A stretch of DNA of 25,409 bases from a virus (lineage: Duplodnaviria > Caudoviricetes), in the IMG/VR virus record IMGVR_UViG_3300047561_000262, positions 1 through 25,409 of that record. One strand, given 5' to 3'. A model generated the notes under the pieces. The model saw nothing but the letters and a program-made list of their open reading frames with translations, had not been told where the DNA came from and made no database searches. Below are positions 16,838-25,409 of this stretch, piece by piece (within the stretch, counting starts at the first letter, position 1; each line of letters begins with the position of its first letter). The position numbers and the translations under genes are program-made.

Positions 16838-17818
16838 TTAAGTACCTGTCAAAATACCTTGCAATGAGCAGTTAGAAGTTGTCAAATTGCCAGCCCAACC
16901 ATATAACTTCACGATTGCATCTTGGTTAATGGACTGTCTTTCACCACCGATAGGAACGAAATTACGCTCTTTGTGTGGGCGGAAGAAGATGTAATTAGTA
17001 TTCAAGAGATACATATATGTAGCTGTTTCTTGAGCACCAATACCACCACCTAATACCACATCAGCGGACATACCGCCACCATAGAACTTCAATGATGCAA
17101 AGCCAGCCGCACCTTCTTCAACACCTGCAATACGCTGGATAGCTTGCAAAGAAGCTACATAGCGTTGATACAGAGTGTTACCAGCGATGATTAAGTCAGT
17201 CTTATCAGTTCCACGAACGGACTTGATAGCGGCTGTAGTCATTGCGGCTTGGATCAAAGCGGATGAATCAGCACCAGTTGTTGCTTGGTTTCTCCAGAAC
17301 GTAAAATTCGCTCTATTAACTCCTCCGTACGTTCCTGTTGTTGGTGAAGTGCTAACAGCCGCGGCTAAACCAGTAATGTTTTTACCGCCATTACCTGTAC
17401 CGTCACCATAGATGTCAGTAGAGATACGGTTTAACAAACGGGCTTCAGAAACTTGCATACGACCATCTAAAAGGTCGATGATTGCTTCTTTGGAACTGTT
17501 TTGCAACATTTCTAGACCACTCATTGTCACAGAATCAGCATACTGAGTAATGCTGTACTGAGCCGCAGAGATAGGGCTATCAGGGGTGATGTTTAATACT
17601 TCGTAGCCACTATAAGAGTTAGCGTTGTTAGTATTTGGATCGTTGTACATGATTTCTTCCAAAATAACATTACCGCCTGAAAACGGGCGTACATTACCTT
17701 TAGAGTTCAATCGCTGTAAAACTGCGTTGTTTTCTGTTAAGTTGTCTGCCAATACTCCGCTACGACTTTGAATGGTGGTAGCGATAATATCGGTGATTGC
17801 TGAGTTAGCAAAAGCCAT
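16838..17818 (-). CDS. major capsid protein
   Basis: 326 aa after the scaffold, strong RBS; GG..I...I.Y and D.YGDGT...K...GL motifs. Confidence 0.85.
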   Translation of the reverse strand: MAFANSAITDIIATTIQSRSGVLADNLTENNAVLQRLNSKGNVRPFSGGNVILEEIMYNDPNTNNANSYSGYEVLNITPDSPISAAQYSITQYADSVTMSGLEMLQNSSKEAIIDLLDGRMQVSEARLLNRISTDIYGDGTGNGGKNITGLAAAVSTSPTTGTYGGVNRANFTFWRNQATTGADSSALIQAAMTTAAIKSVRGTDKTDLIIAGNTLYQRYVASLQAIQRIAGVEEGAAGFASLKFYGGGMSADVVLGGGIGAQETATYMYLLNTNYIFFRPHKERNFVPIGGERQSINQDAIVKLYGWAGNLTTSNCSLQGILTGT

Positions 17819-17841
17819 GATATTTCCTTTATTTAGTTAAG

Positions 17842-18936
17842 TTAAACCCGACCACCCTCTGCATCGGCTAAATTAGCCATCAGCAAGGATCGTCTATCCT
17901 TTGCATCTCCCTTAGACACTTGACCGCTAGGAGTAACGGATCGTGGACTAACAGCAGTTGCTTTAGCTTTTGCTACTTGCTGTGCCTTAGACGCTTGTGA
18001 ACCTGTTGATCTCAGGAGTTTATCCTGCTCCAACTTGAACGCTTCGTCATTCATACGCACCGCTTTGGCATAAGCCGTTTCTAGGTCTTGGGCTAAACCT
18101 CGCTCAAGTAATTGAGCCATATCTTCCCGTACCATTTCAAAGTGCGGAAAAGCCACCTTGTTGCTACTTACCCGATTGATTTCATTACTCAATCGAGCAT
18201 TTTCTTCTTGCTCCCGAATCGCTGACAGTTGTTGCACCTGCTGTTGTGTTGCCTGTAGCTGTTGCATTAACTGTTGCTGATACGGGTCAACATACGCCTG
18301 TTCAGGCATCTGAAGTGCATCTTGGTTTAATTGTATTCCATAATCTTGTGCAAGTCTATGTAGCATATGCACTTTTTGTTCAGGATTGCCATTAGCCAAA
18401 GTATAGTGTGCTCTACCTAGATTATTGATCCAAGCAGACGGTGAAATACCATGCTTTTGGAGTTCAGGCATAAATGGCCCTATAGCATTGGTAAGTTCCC
18501 TTGCATTGTCAGCTTCCTTCTTGTAAACAGATACGCCATTTTTGTACTCAGATTCACGCTGGTTGGCGTATTCAGCAAACTTAGCAAATTCAGCTTTATC
18601 TAGCGGTTTACCATCTGCCATCTTGTCCCATACTTCGCGATACTCTTTTTTCCAAGTAGTCGGCTGTTTTATTTCTTCTTCATTAGCATCACTAGCTTCA
18701 TTAACCAATTCAGATTCTTGATTGGAATTGTCTTGGCTACTGGTTTCTTCGGCATTGCTTTTGAAACGACCCTTTTCGTCACGGTTGTTTTCTTGGCTAC
18801 TTTCGTTGCTTTCTTGGCTACTGGTTTGGATTGGATCGTCATTTACTTCTATCTCCTTTTCAATTGGTGCTTCTAAAGTACCTTCTTCGGCTTGATCTAA
18901 TGCGGCTTCTAGCATTTCTCTGCGGTCATCTGACAT
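17842..18936 (-). CDS. capsid scaffolding protein
   Basis: Acidic N-terminus, RDEKGRF motif, P..W, Gln-rich coiled coil, L..AY..A; directly upstream of the capsid gene. Confidence 0.75.
   Translation of the reverse strand: MSDDRREMLEAALDQAEEGTLEAPIEKEIEVNDDPIQTSSQESNESSQENNRDEKGRFKSNAEETSSQDNSNQESELVNEASDANEEEIKQPTTWKKEYREVWDKMADGKPLDKAEFAKFAEYANQRESEYKNGVSVYKKEADNARELTNAIGPFMPELQKHGISPSAWINNLGRAHYTLANGNPEQKVHMLHRLAQDYGIQLNQDALQMPEQAYVDPYQQQLMQQLQATQQQVQQLSAIREQEENARLSNEINRVSSNKVAFPHFEMVREDMAQLLERGLAQDLETAYAKAVRMNDEAFKLEQDKLLRSTGSQASKAQQVAKAKATAVSPRSVTPSGQVSKGDAKDRRSLLMANLADAEGGRV
18731..18822. repeat. three copies of TCTTGGCTACT (SSQ-E/D repeats in scaffold)
   Basis: Copies at 18731-41, 18791-801 and 18812-22. 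Confidence 0.6.
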
Positions 18937-18944
18937 GGTTTACC

Positions 18945-19322
18945 CTATCTGTAGTTAAGTTTGGAATAAGTAATATCCGCAATCTGTTGCTTGCGTTCTT
19001 GCTGTTCTTTTCTTGAAAATTCATGCACTTTTTGCTGGGTTGGCACATCATTACCCAGTTCAATACAGCCGTTGCGTTTCAGGTTTTCACGGTGTTTAGA
19101 TCGGGAAGATACCCATGTACCATCTGCCATGCTTATGTGACCCTCAATATCTGAAATAACTGTAGGGGCTACTCTAGACTTCATAGCTACTTTATCAAGC
19201 CATGACGCTTTGGCGGCTTCTTCACCAATAGTGGGTGTCCACCACTCAAGAAAGAACTCCTCGTCAGTCTTTTGTGCTTCTATGTGATTTCCTTCGGAAT
19301 ATCCGCAATTAGGGCAAACCAT
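18945..19322 (-). CDS. hypothetical protein with CPNC knuckle
   Basis: CPNCG; S..DG..V.SRS.HRE.LKR.GC.E.GND. Confidence 0.7.
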   Translation of the reverse strand: MVCPNCGYSEGNHIEAQKTDEEFFLEWWTPTIGEEAAKASWLDKVAMKSRVAPTVISDIEGHISMADGTWVSSRSKHRENLKRNGCIELGNDVPTQQKVHEFSRKEQQERKQQIADITYSKLNYR

Positions 19323-20215
19323 TACATTCTCCTTATGATTTCAGATATTTTGTCTAATTCATCTTCTTCAATGGTAACGATTGAGTTGTACCAAGTACCG
19401 TGCTTCCAACGCCAGCACTTGAACTCTTTTCTAGGCATGATTACAATAGTTCTAACGCCCAAAGCACCAGCTAGGTGGGCTATACCCGTGTCTACTGTTA
19501 CCAAGCCTTTAAGGGCTTTAAGGTGGCTTGCGGTTTTAGACCAATCTTGCTTCCAACCATCGTCAGGTAGGGGTGTCCAAAACTTATCTTCATCTACATT
19601 GAGGGAATAAGCGTCATCACCAACCGCTTGATACATTACTTCAGGGTTTAGGGTGCGTATATAGTGCAAGATACCTTTAGAAGTAGCCCAATTCACCCCA
19701 ATTTTCTTAGGAATGTTGCTTGGAACGGCATCTAAGTACCCTTCAGAGCCTACTATTTTCTTTAAAGATATTGGAAATAGGGCTTTAGCGTAGGCAGGGG
19801 CTAGGCTAATGTAATAAGGTAGCGAAATTATGCCAAGCCAGTAGTCTGATTCAACAGCAACGCCTTCTTCGGTCATATTTGTAAAGGCATCAATGCAATC
19901 CATCTGACCTAGCAAGTAATGAAGTGATCCGTTTTGCAGTAAAACGACTTTTTTAGCACCCATTACCTTTAAAAAGGGTAAGAACCGTGCGTACTGGATA
20001 ATATCGCCAAAACCTTGCTCTGCAATGATGGTAATAGACTTACCGATTAGGCTTTCACCTCTCCATACGGGCATTTTTAGGGGTTTAGCGTACCCTTCAA
20101 GGTGGTTTGCCATTACATTAGGATGCCATCGGTACTCAAACAATCTAAAACCAGCGTCTAAACGACCAGCGTGTAGGTGTTCGTAGGCTTTTTTGTATTC
20201 CGTGTGCGGATTTAA
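19322..20215 (-). CDS. GT9-like glycosyltransferase (start uncertain: TTG 20143 or non-canonical ~20215-20230)
   Basis: W.GE.L.GK....AEQGFGD.IQY.RF, SLP, VTVDT..AHLAGALG, WRW, WY.S motifs. Confidence 0.8.
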   Translation of the reverse strand, partial: LNPHTEYKKAYEHLHAGRLDAGFRLFEYRWHPNVMANHLEGYAKPLKMPVWRGESLIGKSITIIAEQGFGDIIQYARFLPFLKVMGAKKVVLLQNGSLHYLLGQMDCIDAFTNMTEEGVAVESDYWLGIISLPYYISLAPAYAKALFPISLKKIVGSEGYLDAVPSNIPKKIGVNWATSKGILHYIRTLNPEVMYQAVGDDAYSLNVDEDKFWTPLPDDGWKQDWSKTASHLKALKGLVTVDTGIAHLAGALGVRTIVIMPRKEFKCWRWKHGTWYNSIVTIEEDELDKISEIIRRM

Positions 20216-20700
20216 TGTAGGAGCAGTAATAGTGAAACCTCATCGTCAAGTTCCTCTTGGCGTTGGGCTTCCATGTATCTCAACTGCTCTTGTATAAGAG
20301 TTTGTTGATTTCTGTAAGCTACTGCCGCAAGGATGTTATTCCGTTGTGCTTCAAGGTAGCTTATAGACCGCTGTAATTCTTGTGTATCGACTGACGGTAT
20401 ATCAGCTTTAACCTCTTGTTTGGATTGTACTTTAGATTGCTTAACTTTTGCAACAGGCGTTGGATCAATCTGATCTTTGAACGCTTGCTTGCGTGATGCG
20501 TTGGCATCTTTGGTGGTTTGCTCTAACTTGCGTTGACGCTCTGCAATCTTTGCAGATAATTTGCGTAACCGCTTTAGTTCTTCAGGTGTCCAAGTAGCGT
20601 CATCCCCACCAGTTAATGTACTGGTAGGGGTTGGTGTTCCTGCTACCTGAAACGCATTATTTTGAAACGCATTAGCCTGAAAAGCTGTTTGAAACATCAT
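20212..20700 (-). CDS. hypothetical protein with N-terminal AFQ repeats and coiled coil
   Basis: FQTAFQANAFQNNAFQ; C-terminus DDEVSLLLLLH. Confidence 0.7.
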   Translation of the reverse strand: MMFQTAFQANAFQNNAFQVAGTPTPTSTLTGGDDATWTPEELKRLRKLSAKIAERQRKLEQTTKDANASRKQAFKDQIDPTPVAKVKQSKVQSKQEVKADIPSVDTQELQRSISYLEAQRNNILAAVAYRNQQTLIQEQLRYMEAQRQEELDDEVSLLLLLH

Positions 20701-20954
20701 CCCACCAATGCTTTTACTTCAGCTTGGGTTAAACCAAGTGCAGTTAGTTTAGCTAATGCTGATTCTTTAATTGCAATAGTTTGTGCTTTTTTCTCGAATA
20801 CCGTTGTTTGTGTAGATTCCCATAAAGCATCTAATTCAGCTTGTGTTGGTTTTTGTGACGTATCTAACCAATTAAGACCATCATAAGAATCGCCATTTAA
20901 TGACCATTGTTTACCAAAATAATTAATAGAAAGAATAAGTGCGTAATCAATCAT
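20697..20954 (-). CDS. fibre-associated protein / chaperone, copy B
   Basis: Paralogue of 7043-7300; ATGA-coupled to the fibre gene. Confidence 0.65.
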   Translation of the reverse strand: MIDYALILSINYFGKQWSLNGDSYDGLNWLDTSQKPTQAELDALWESTQTTVFEKKAQTIAIKESALAKLTALGLTQAEVKALVG

Positions 20955-21814
20955 CCTACAACCTCCATCACAGTAATTGTTGATGCTGACCTACAGTAAG
21001 TTGTGCTATCTCCATCTGCGGCTGACCTGTTTATACATACTGTATTTCCACCATTGATATAAACTTGTAATTTATAAGTTGTTGCACTTGTTGTAGCAGG
21101 GCTATCTAAAAAATTATAAGCACTAGCACCACCTCTATCTCCGTCAAATATTCCACCAGTAGAAACTAAAATACGGCTACCAGCAGTTGCACCAGCACCA
21201 ATTACAGTAGAACCTCTTAATAATGCAACTCCATATACGGCTGGACTATTTGGAGTTACCTGCCCTAGCGAGTATTGAATTAAAATTTTATTTGATGCAG
21301 ATGACGGAGTAATGGTTACTGACATTCCAGTAATATCTGTTAAAGAACCTGATGTTGTAGTAAAAGTGTCTGTTTTAATAGTTTGAAGAACTTTTACAAT
21401 ACTTCCTGCGGCTGGAGAACTAGCAATAGTTATTGAACCAGCTCCGTTTGTAACAGAAACTCCACTACCAGCAGTTAATGTAGTGCGAGTAAATCCTGTT
21501 CCATTACCTATGTCTAAAGCACCATTTGCAGGGGTTGAAGTTAAACCTGTTCCACCATTAGCAATAGCGACTGTGCCTGTTACATTAGATGCTGTACCAG
21601 TTGTATTTTGATTGAGGGTTGGGAAAGTACAATTAGTTAGCGTTCCAGAAGAAGGAGTACCTAAAGCTGGAGTAACTAAAGTTGGACTTGTATTTAGTAC
21701 AACTGAACCTGTACCAGTAGAAGTAGTAACCGCAGTACCACCACTAGCAACATCTAGTACACCAGTAGAACTTGCACCATCAGCTAAAATAGATAGGTTG
21801 CGTGAAATTGTCAT
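20951..21814 (-). CDS. fibre protein with tip homologous to the tail fibre
   Basis: GGTG and SPTLVTPALGTP shaft motifs; TITP.SASNKIL, DSP.TTSATTYK.Q shared with 7297-8274. Confidence 0.75.
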   Translation of the reverse strand: MTISRNLSILADGASSTGVLDVASGGTAVTTSTGTGSVVLNTSPTLVTPALGTPSSGTLTNCTFPTLNQNTTGTASNVTGTVAIANGGTGLTSTPANGALDIGNGTGFTRTTLTAGSGVSVTNGAGSITIASSPAAGSIVKVLQTIKTDTFTTTSGSLTDITGMSVTITPSSASNKILIQYSLGQVTPNSPAVYGVALLRGSTVIGAGATAGSRILVSTGGIFDGDRGGASAYNFLDSPATTSATTYKLQVYINGGNTVCINRSAADGDSTTYCRSASTITVMEVVG

Positions 21815-22173
21815 ATAGCTACCCAAGTTTTAGTTGTTTCATCCCAGTTGTATTTATTTTCATCTGTAGGATAAGGTGTTGGGGGTGTCCAAGTCCATGT
21901 AGGAGCTTCTATAGTCCAACTAGGATATGGTTGTGGTGGATAAAATACATCATTTGTTTTATCGTACATATAACCTATTCCTGCATAGTTACCACGCAAG
22001 GCTATACCATTATCAGGTTGACCATCTTGACCATAATGAATTCCACTTCTTGTGTTGTAGGAAGTTTGAATCCACTCGCCAGCACTTGAATCTACAAAAT
22101 GTGTAAAAAAGTCTGCTTCGGCAGAAATCACTTGAGTAACCGTTCCATTACAAACTTTAGCGTAATAACTCAT
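21811..22173 (-). CDS. fibre-associated small protein
   Basis: V..VI.A, W.QTSYN, RGNYAGIGY.YD, PQPYPSW, Y.WDE; follows the Gly-rich fibre. Confidence 0.7.
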   Translation of the reverse strand: MSYYAKVCNGTVTQVISAEADFFTHFVDSSAGEWIQTSYNTRSGIHYGQDGQPDNGIALRGNYAGIGYMYDKTNDVFYPPQPYPSWTIEAPTWTWTPPTPYPTDENKYNWDETTKTWVAI

Positions 22174-24662
22174 GCTGTGTATGTCCCTGAAGATGTATAT
22201 TTAAGGATAGTATTTGAACCTGAAGTTGTAACGGTTGGTGAACCTGTTGTTGTCCCTGAATAGTATGCAGTTGGAATAGATAAAATAACAACTCCTGAGC
22301 CACCTGCACCACCTGTTCCTGCTAAAAGTGCAGTACAACCGCTACCACCACCACCTGAACCCGTATTAACTGTTCCTGCACTACCAGTAGCGTTAGCTAC
22401 CCCGCCTGCACCGCCTACTCCTGATGAACCACCAGCACCAGCAGTTCCACCAAGATAAGTACCGCCACCACCACCTGCGGCATAAATAACAGCAGAACCA
22501 GTTATTGAATTTGATGTTCCTGCCCCACCAGCACCACCAACTGTGCCTGAAGGTGCAGTAACTCCAGCAGTACCTGAGCCACCACCACCACCACCAGGAT
22601 AATTTGTGGCAGAATTTAATCCATTACCGCCAGCATTTCCTTGCCCTGAAGTTCCACTACCACCAACACTTCTATAAGCTCCACCACCACCTGAACCGCC
22701 TGAAGCACCAGCTATAGATGTTGTAGTAGTGTTGTTGTAACCGCCAGCACCGCCAGCTACTGCCTCTATTAATCCTGTAATAGATGAATTTGTTGCGGCA
22801 GTTGGAGATGCACTACCAATACCGCCTGCACCGCCTGCACCAACAGTAATAGTGTAAACAGTACCACTACTTGCAATTAATATATTTGAAATTAATCCAC
22901 CAGCACCACCGCCAGCCGCACCACCGCCAGCCGCAATCGAACCGCCACCACCGCCACCGCCTGCAGCCATTAAATAATTTACTGGATAACCTAAAAATAC
23001 TGTTCCTGTAGACGCTGGAAATGTAATGGTATTAGTACCAGCAACCGCAGGTACAGCTAAAGTAATACTTCCTGAAGTTGCACCTGCTATTGCAGGGGTT
23101 GTTAAAGAAGGACTTGTAGATAAAACAACATTACCTGTGCCTGTTTTTGTAGTTACCCCAGTACCACCGTTTGCTACGGCAAGAGTACCGCCCAAAGTTA
23201 CATTTCCTGTAGTTCCTGTACTTGGGGTTAACCCTGTAGTTCCTGCACTAAATGAACTAACTGTATTTGCTACGCTAATTGTTGAAAAAGCAATGGTTTC
23301 TACAATATCGCCTAAATTACAAGCCACTCCCAATACTACGCTTGTGCCATTTGAAGCGGTGTAATCAGCATCATTTAACAATACACCATTAACATAAACT
23401 TCAACATATCCAGCCGTGTAAGTTACGGTAAATGTGGTTTGTGCGGCTGTAGCTGTAAATGAAGTCCTAGTATAAGCATTGCCACTTGCTACAGTTGCCC
23501 AAGAAGTATTTGTGCCATCAGTTGTTAAATATTTACCACTATTGCTAGTTTGGCTTGGGGCTAATGCGTTAAATGCTGTATTGGCAGTTGTTTGACCAGT
23601 TCCACCATTAGCTATTGGTAAGGCCGTTCCTGAATAAGTTAAGGCTAATGTGCCACTTGATGTAATTGGGCTACCTGCAACACTTAGAAAACTAGGTACA
23701 GTTGCGGCAACGCTGGTTACTGTTCCTGCACCCTTACCATTAAAGGTATTCCAATCGGTGCTTGAAAGATAACCATTTACGCTAGTAGTGGCTTGAGCCA
23801 TGCTTATAGCTGGAGTATTACCGCCTGAAGATACTACGGGTGCTGTGCCTGTAACGCTAGTGACTGTACCGCCTGAACTTGGGCTAGTGTTGGTAATAGT
23901 AAAGTTGGGATATGTACCAGTAACACTTATACCCGTTCCATTAGCAATAGCTACAGTTTGGTCAGGTGCAGTATTAGTAATGTTTAATGTGCCACTTGAT
24001 GTTATAGGACTACCTGTTACGCTAATGCCTGTCCCTGCGGTAGCCGCTACGCTTGTAACTGTTCCAGTAGTGGAATCAGTAGAAGTAATAGTAAAGTTAG
24101 GGTAAGTACCAGTTACTACAGTTGTTCCTGCACCAGTTAAAGCAACAGTTTGGTCGGGTGCGGTGTTGGTTACTGTCACAGCACCAGTTGCACCACTAAC
24201 GCTAATACCAGTTCCAGCTACGGCAGAAGTAACGCCCGTGTTGGCTACTGTAAACGCAGGATATGTTCCTGTTGCCGATATACCAGTTCCGTTTGCAATG
24301 CTAACTGTTTGGTCAGGAGCGGTATTGGTAATATTTAAAGTACCGCTGGTAGTAATAGGGCTTCCAGTAACAGAAATGCCTGTTCCAGCAGTTGCCGCTA
24401 CGGAAGTAACTGTACCTAGTGGGTTTACAGACCAAGAACTATCTGTTCCGTTAGTAGTCAAGTATTTACCACTATTACCAGTTTGGCTTGGGGCAAGGGC
24501 ATTAAATCCATCATTAGCCGTAGCCGCACCTGTTCCACCGTTAGCTACAGGGACAGTTCCCACTAGCGTATGGTCAGCGTTCCAATCACTAGGGCGAACT
24601 AACGATGTGTCTGCATCGTCAGGTATTGTTGAAACCTTACTATGTTTGACTGTTATAGCCAT
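22170..24662 (-). CDS. long repetitive fibre protein with glycine-rich C-terminal domain
   Basis: GTVTSV, AGTGIS and TNTAPDQTV repeats; AGGGGG...GSGGGG...GGSGVVI glycine-rich tip. Confidence 0.8.
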   Translation of the reverse strand: MAITVKHSKVSTIPDDADTSLVRPSDWNADHTLVGTVPVANGGTGAATANDGFNALAPSQTGNSGKYLTTNGTDSSWSVNPLGTVTSVAATAGTGISVTGSPITTSGTLNITNTAPDQTVSIANGTGISATGTYPAFTVANTGVTSAVAGTGISVSGATGAVTVTNTAPDQTVALTGAGTTVVTGTYPNFTITSTDSTTGTVTSVAATAGTGISVTGSPITSSGTLNITNTAPDQTVAIANGTGISVTGTYPNFTITNTSPSSGGTVTSVTGTAPVVSSGGNTPAISMAQATTSVNGYLSSTDWNTFNGKGAGTVTSVAATVPSFLSVAGSPITSSGTLALTYSGTALPIANGGTGQTTANTAFNALAPSQTSNSGKYLTTDGTNTSWATVASGNAYTRTSFTATAAQTTFTVTYTAGYVEVYVNGVLLNDADYTASNGTSVVLGVACNLGDIVETIAFSTISVANTVSSFSAGTTGLTPSTGTTGNVTLGGTLAVANGGTGVTTKTGTGNVVLSTSPSLTTPAIAGATSGSITLAVPAVAGTNTITFPASTGTVFLGYPVNYLMAAGGGGGGGSIAAGGGAAGGGAGGLISNILIASSGTVYTITVGAGGAGGIGSASPTAATNSSITGLIEAVAGGAGGYNNTTTTSIAGASGGSGGGGAYRSVGGSGTSGQGNAGGNGLNSATNYPGGGGGGSGTAGVTAPSGTVGGAGGAGTSNSITGSAVIYAAGGGGGTYLGGTAGAGGSSGVGGAGGVANATGSAGTVNTGSGGGGSGCTALLAGTGGAGGSGVVILSIPTAYYSGTTTGSPTVTTSGSNTILKYTSSGTYTA
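23490..24555 (-). repeat. intragenic repeat modules of the long fibre (approximate bounds)
   Basis: Two copies of P(V/I)ANGGTG..TAN..FNALAPSQT.NSGKYLTT.GT..SW; two of GTVTSVAATAGTGISVTGSPIT.SGTLNITNTAPDQTV; three TNTAPDQTV. Confidence 0.75.
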
Positions 24663-25409
24663 TATTGAACCCCGATTATCTTACCGTCTTGCCCACGAAC
24701 CACTTGTTTAGGTCTATTGTGGTTTTCGTTAATAGTATTCACCAAATCGCTAAGTGCAAGGGTCATCTGTTGATTACTGTGGCCAATAGCATCGGCAATA
24801 GGTTGCATAGGGTGTTGCATAGATTGAGCCATTGCTTCTTCAGACAGATAGGCTTGTTCACCAGTTGATTCATCAGCACCAATACGGGCAACCTCAATCT
24901 TAGCCCCGTTGTTAATGTGTGCTAACAAAACTTGAGTATTACGCTCAGTATTCATCTTCATCTGAGCAACCTTAATTTCCATATCCCGATCCATCATGTT
25001 CCGCTGTTCTTCTAGTTGGAATTTAAGCTGGTTCTCTTGGGCTTGGTACTCTTGTTTGGCTTTCTCCAAGTCCATCTGCATCTGCATTTTCTGTTGTTCC
25101 ATCTGCATTTGCATCTGCATTTCAGCTTGTCTAGCCTGTACTTGGGCTTGCATCTTAGCCTGATCCATCTGCTGTTCCATCTGCAACTTCTGCATTTCAG
25201 GTGATGGTGGTTTAGGTTGACCTTCCATTTGGGCTTGTTGCTGACGGAACTTATCCGCTGTTTCGTCAATTAATCCCTCTAATCCTTTACCAGCCTTAAA
25301 CGCTGTTACACCAAACTTGAGCATTTCAATCAGCATTGGAGTAAGTTCAGGCGTAGCTTGTGCGGCAGGAATAGCTTGGCTTAGGAATCCACCCATAGCC
25401 TGTAAGAAC
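24662..25409 (-). CDS. portal protein, C-terminal part (truncated by window edge)
   Basis: Frame is open to the window end; Gln/Met-rich coiled coil like the P22 portal barrel; position upstream of the head genes. Confidence 0.7.
   Translation of the reverse strand, partial: FLQAMGGFLSQAIPAAQATPELTPMLIEMLKFGVTAFKAGKGLEGLIDETADKFRQQQAQMEGQPKPPSPEMQKLQMEQQMDQAKMQAQVQARQAEMQMQMQMEQQKMQMQMDLEKAKQEYQAQENQLKFQLEEQRNMMDRDMEIKVAQMKMNTERNTQVLLAHINNGAKIEVARIGADESTGEQAYLSEEAMAQSMQHPMQPIADAIGHSNQQMTLALSDLVNTINENHNRPKQVVRGQDGKIIGVQ

Noticed and set aside
7043-20954. Diversity-generating retroelement TR/VR pair
   Set aside because: Differences between the paralogues are not adenine-specific, both copies are intact genes, and no reverse transcriptase is in the window.
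25030-25200. CATCTG-type short repeats as a VNTR or array
   Set aside because: Explained by Gln/Met codons of the portal coiled coil.

Overview
The window is a large part of a tailed dsDNA phage genome (short-tailed, P22/BPP-1-like gene order, moderately AT-rich). A Gram-negative, probably betaproteobacterial, host is my inference. Minus strand, right to left: portal C-terminus; a block of two Thr/Ser/Gly-rich fibre genes, each with a small partner gene; an AFQ-repeat protein; a GT9-like glycosyltransferase; scaffold; major capsid; cement protein; adaptor; gp10-like nozzle; GNAT; ejection proteins; tail fibre plus partner; two holin-like genes; an M15 endolysin. Plus strand (2060-6054): SSB-like protein, HNH, PD-(D/E)XK exonuclease, and a separately promoted accessory operon. 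Far left (minus): Cro-like HTH, PAPS-reductase-like protein, DUF5672-like protein, then about 430 nt of highly structured non-coding sequence. Most notable observations: (1) a C4-antisense-like RNA (22-bp stem with 5 G-U pairs, bulge complementary to an upstream site) overlapped by a translationally coupled 17-codon mini-ORF; (2) a second pseudoknot-capable RNA at 4.8 kb; (3) a three-site TTAAG-N4-CTTAA operator regulon around a leaderless Cro with no CI in view; (4) a duplicated fibre-tip/partner cassette at both the head and tail loci; (5) a glycosyltransferase inside the head module whose apparent N-terminus lacks a canonical start codon; (6) apparent complete absence of GCGC and CCGG. All family calls are from motif recognition by eye; no searches were run.
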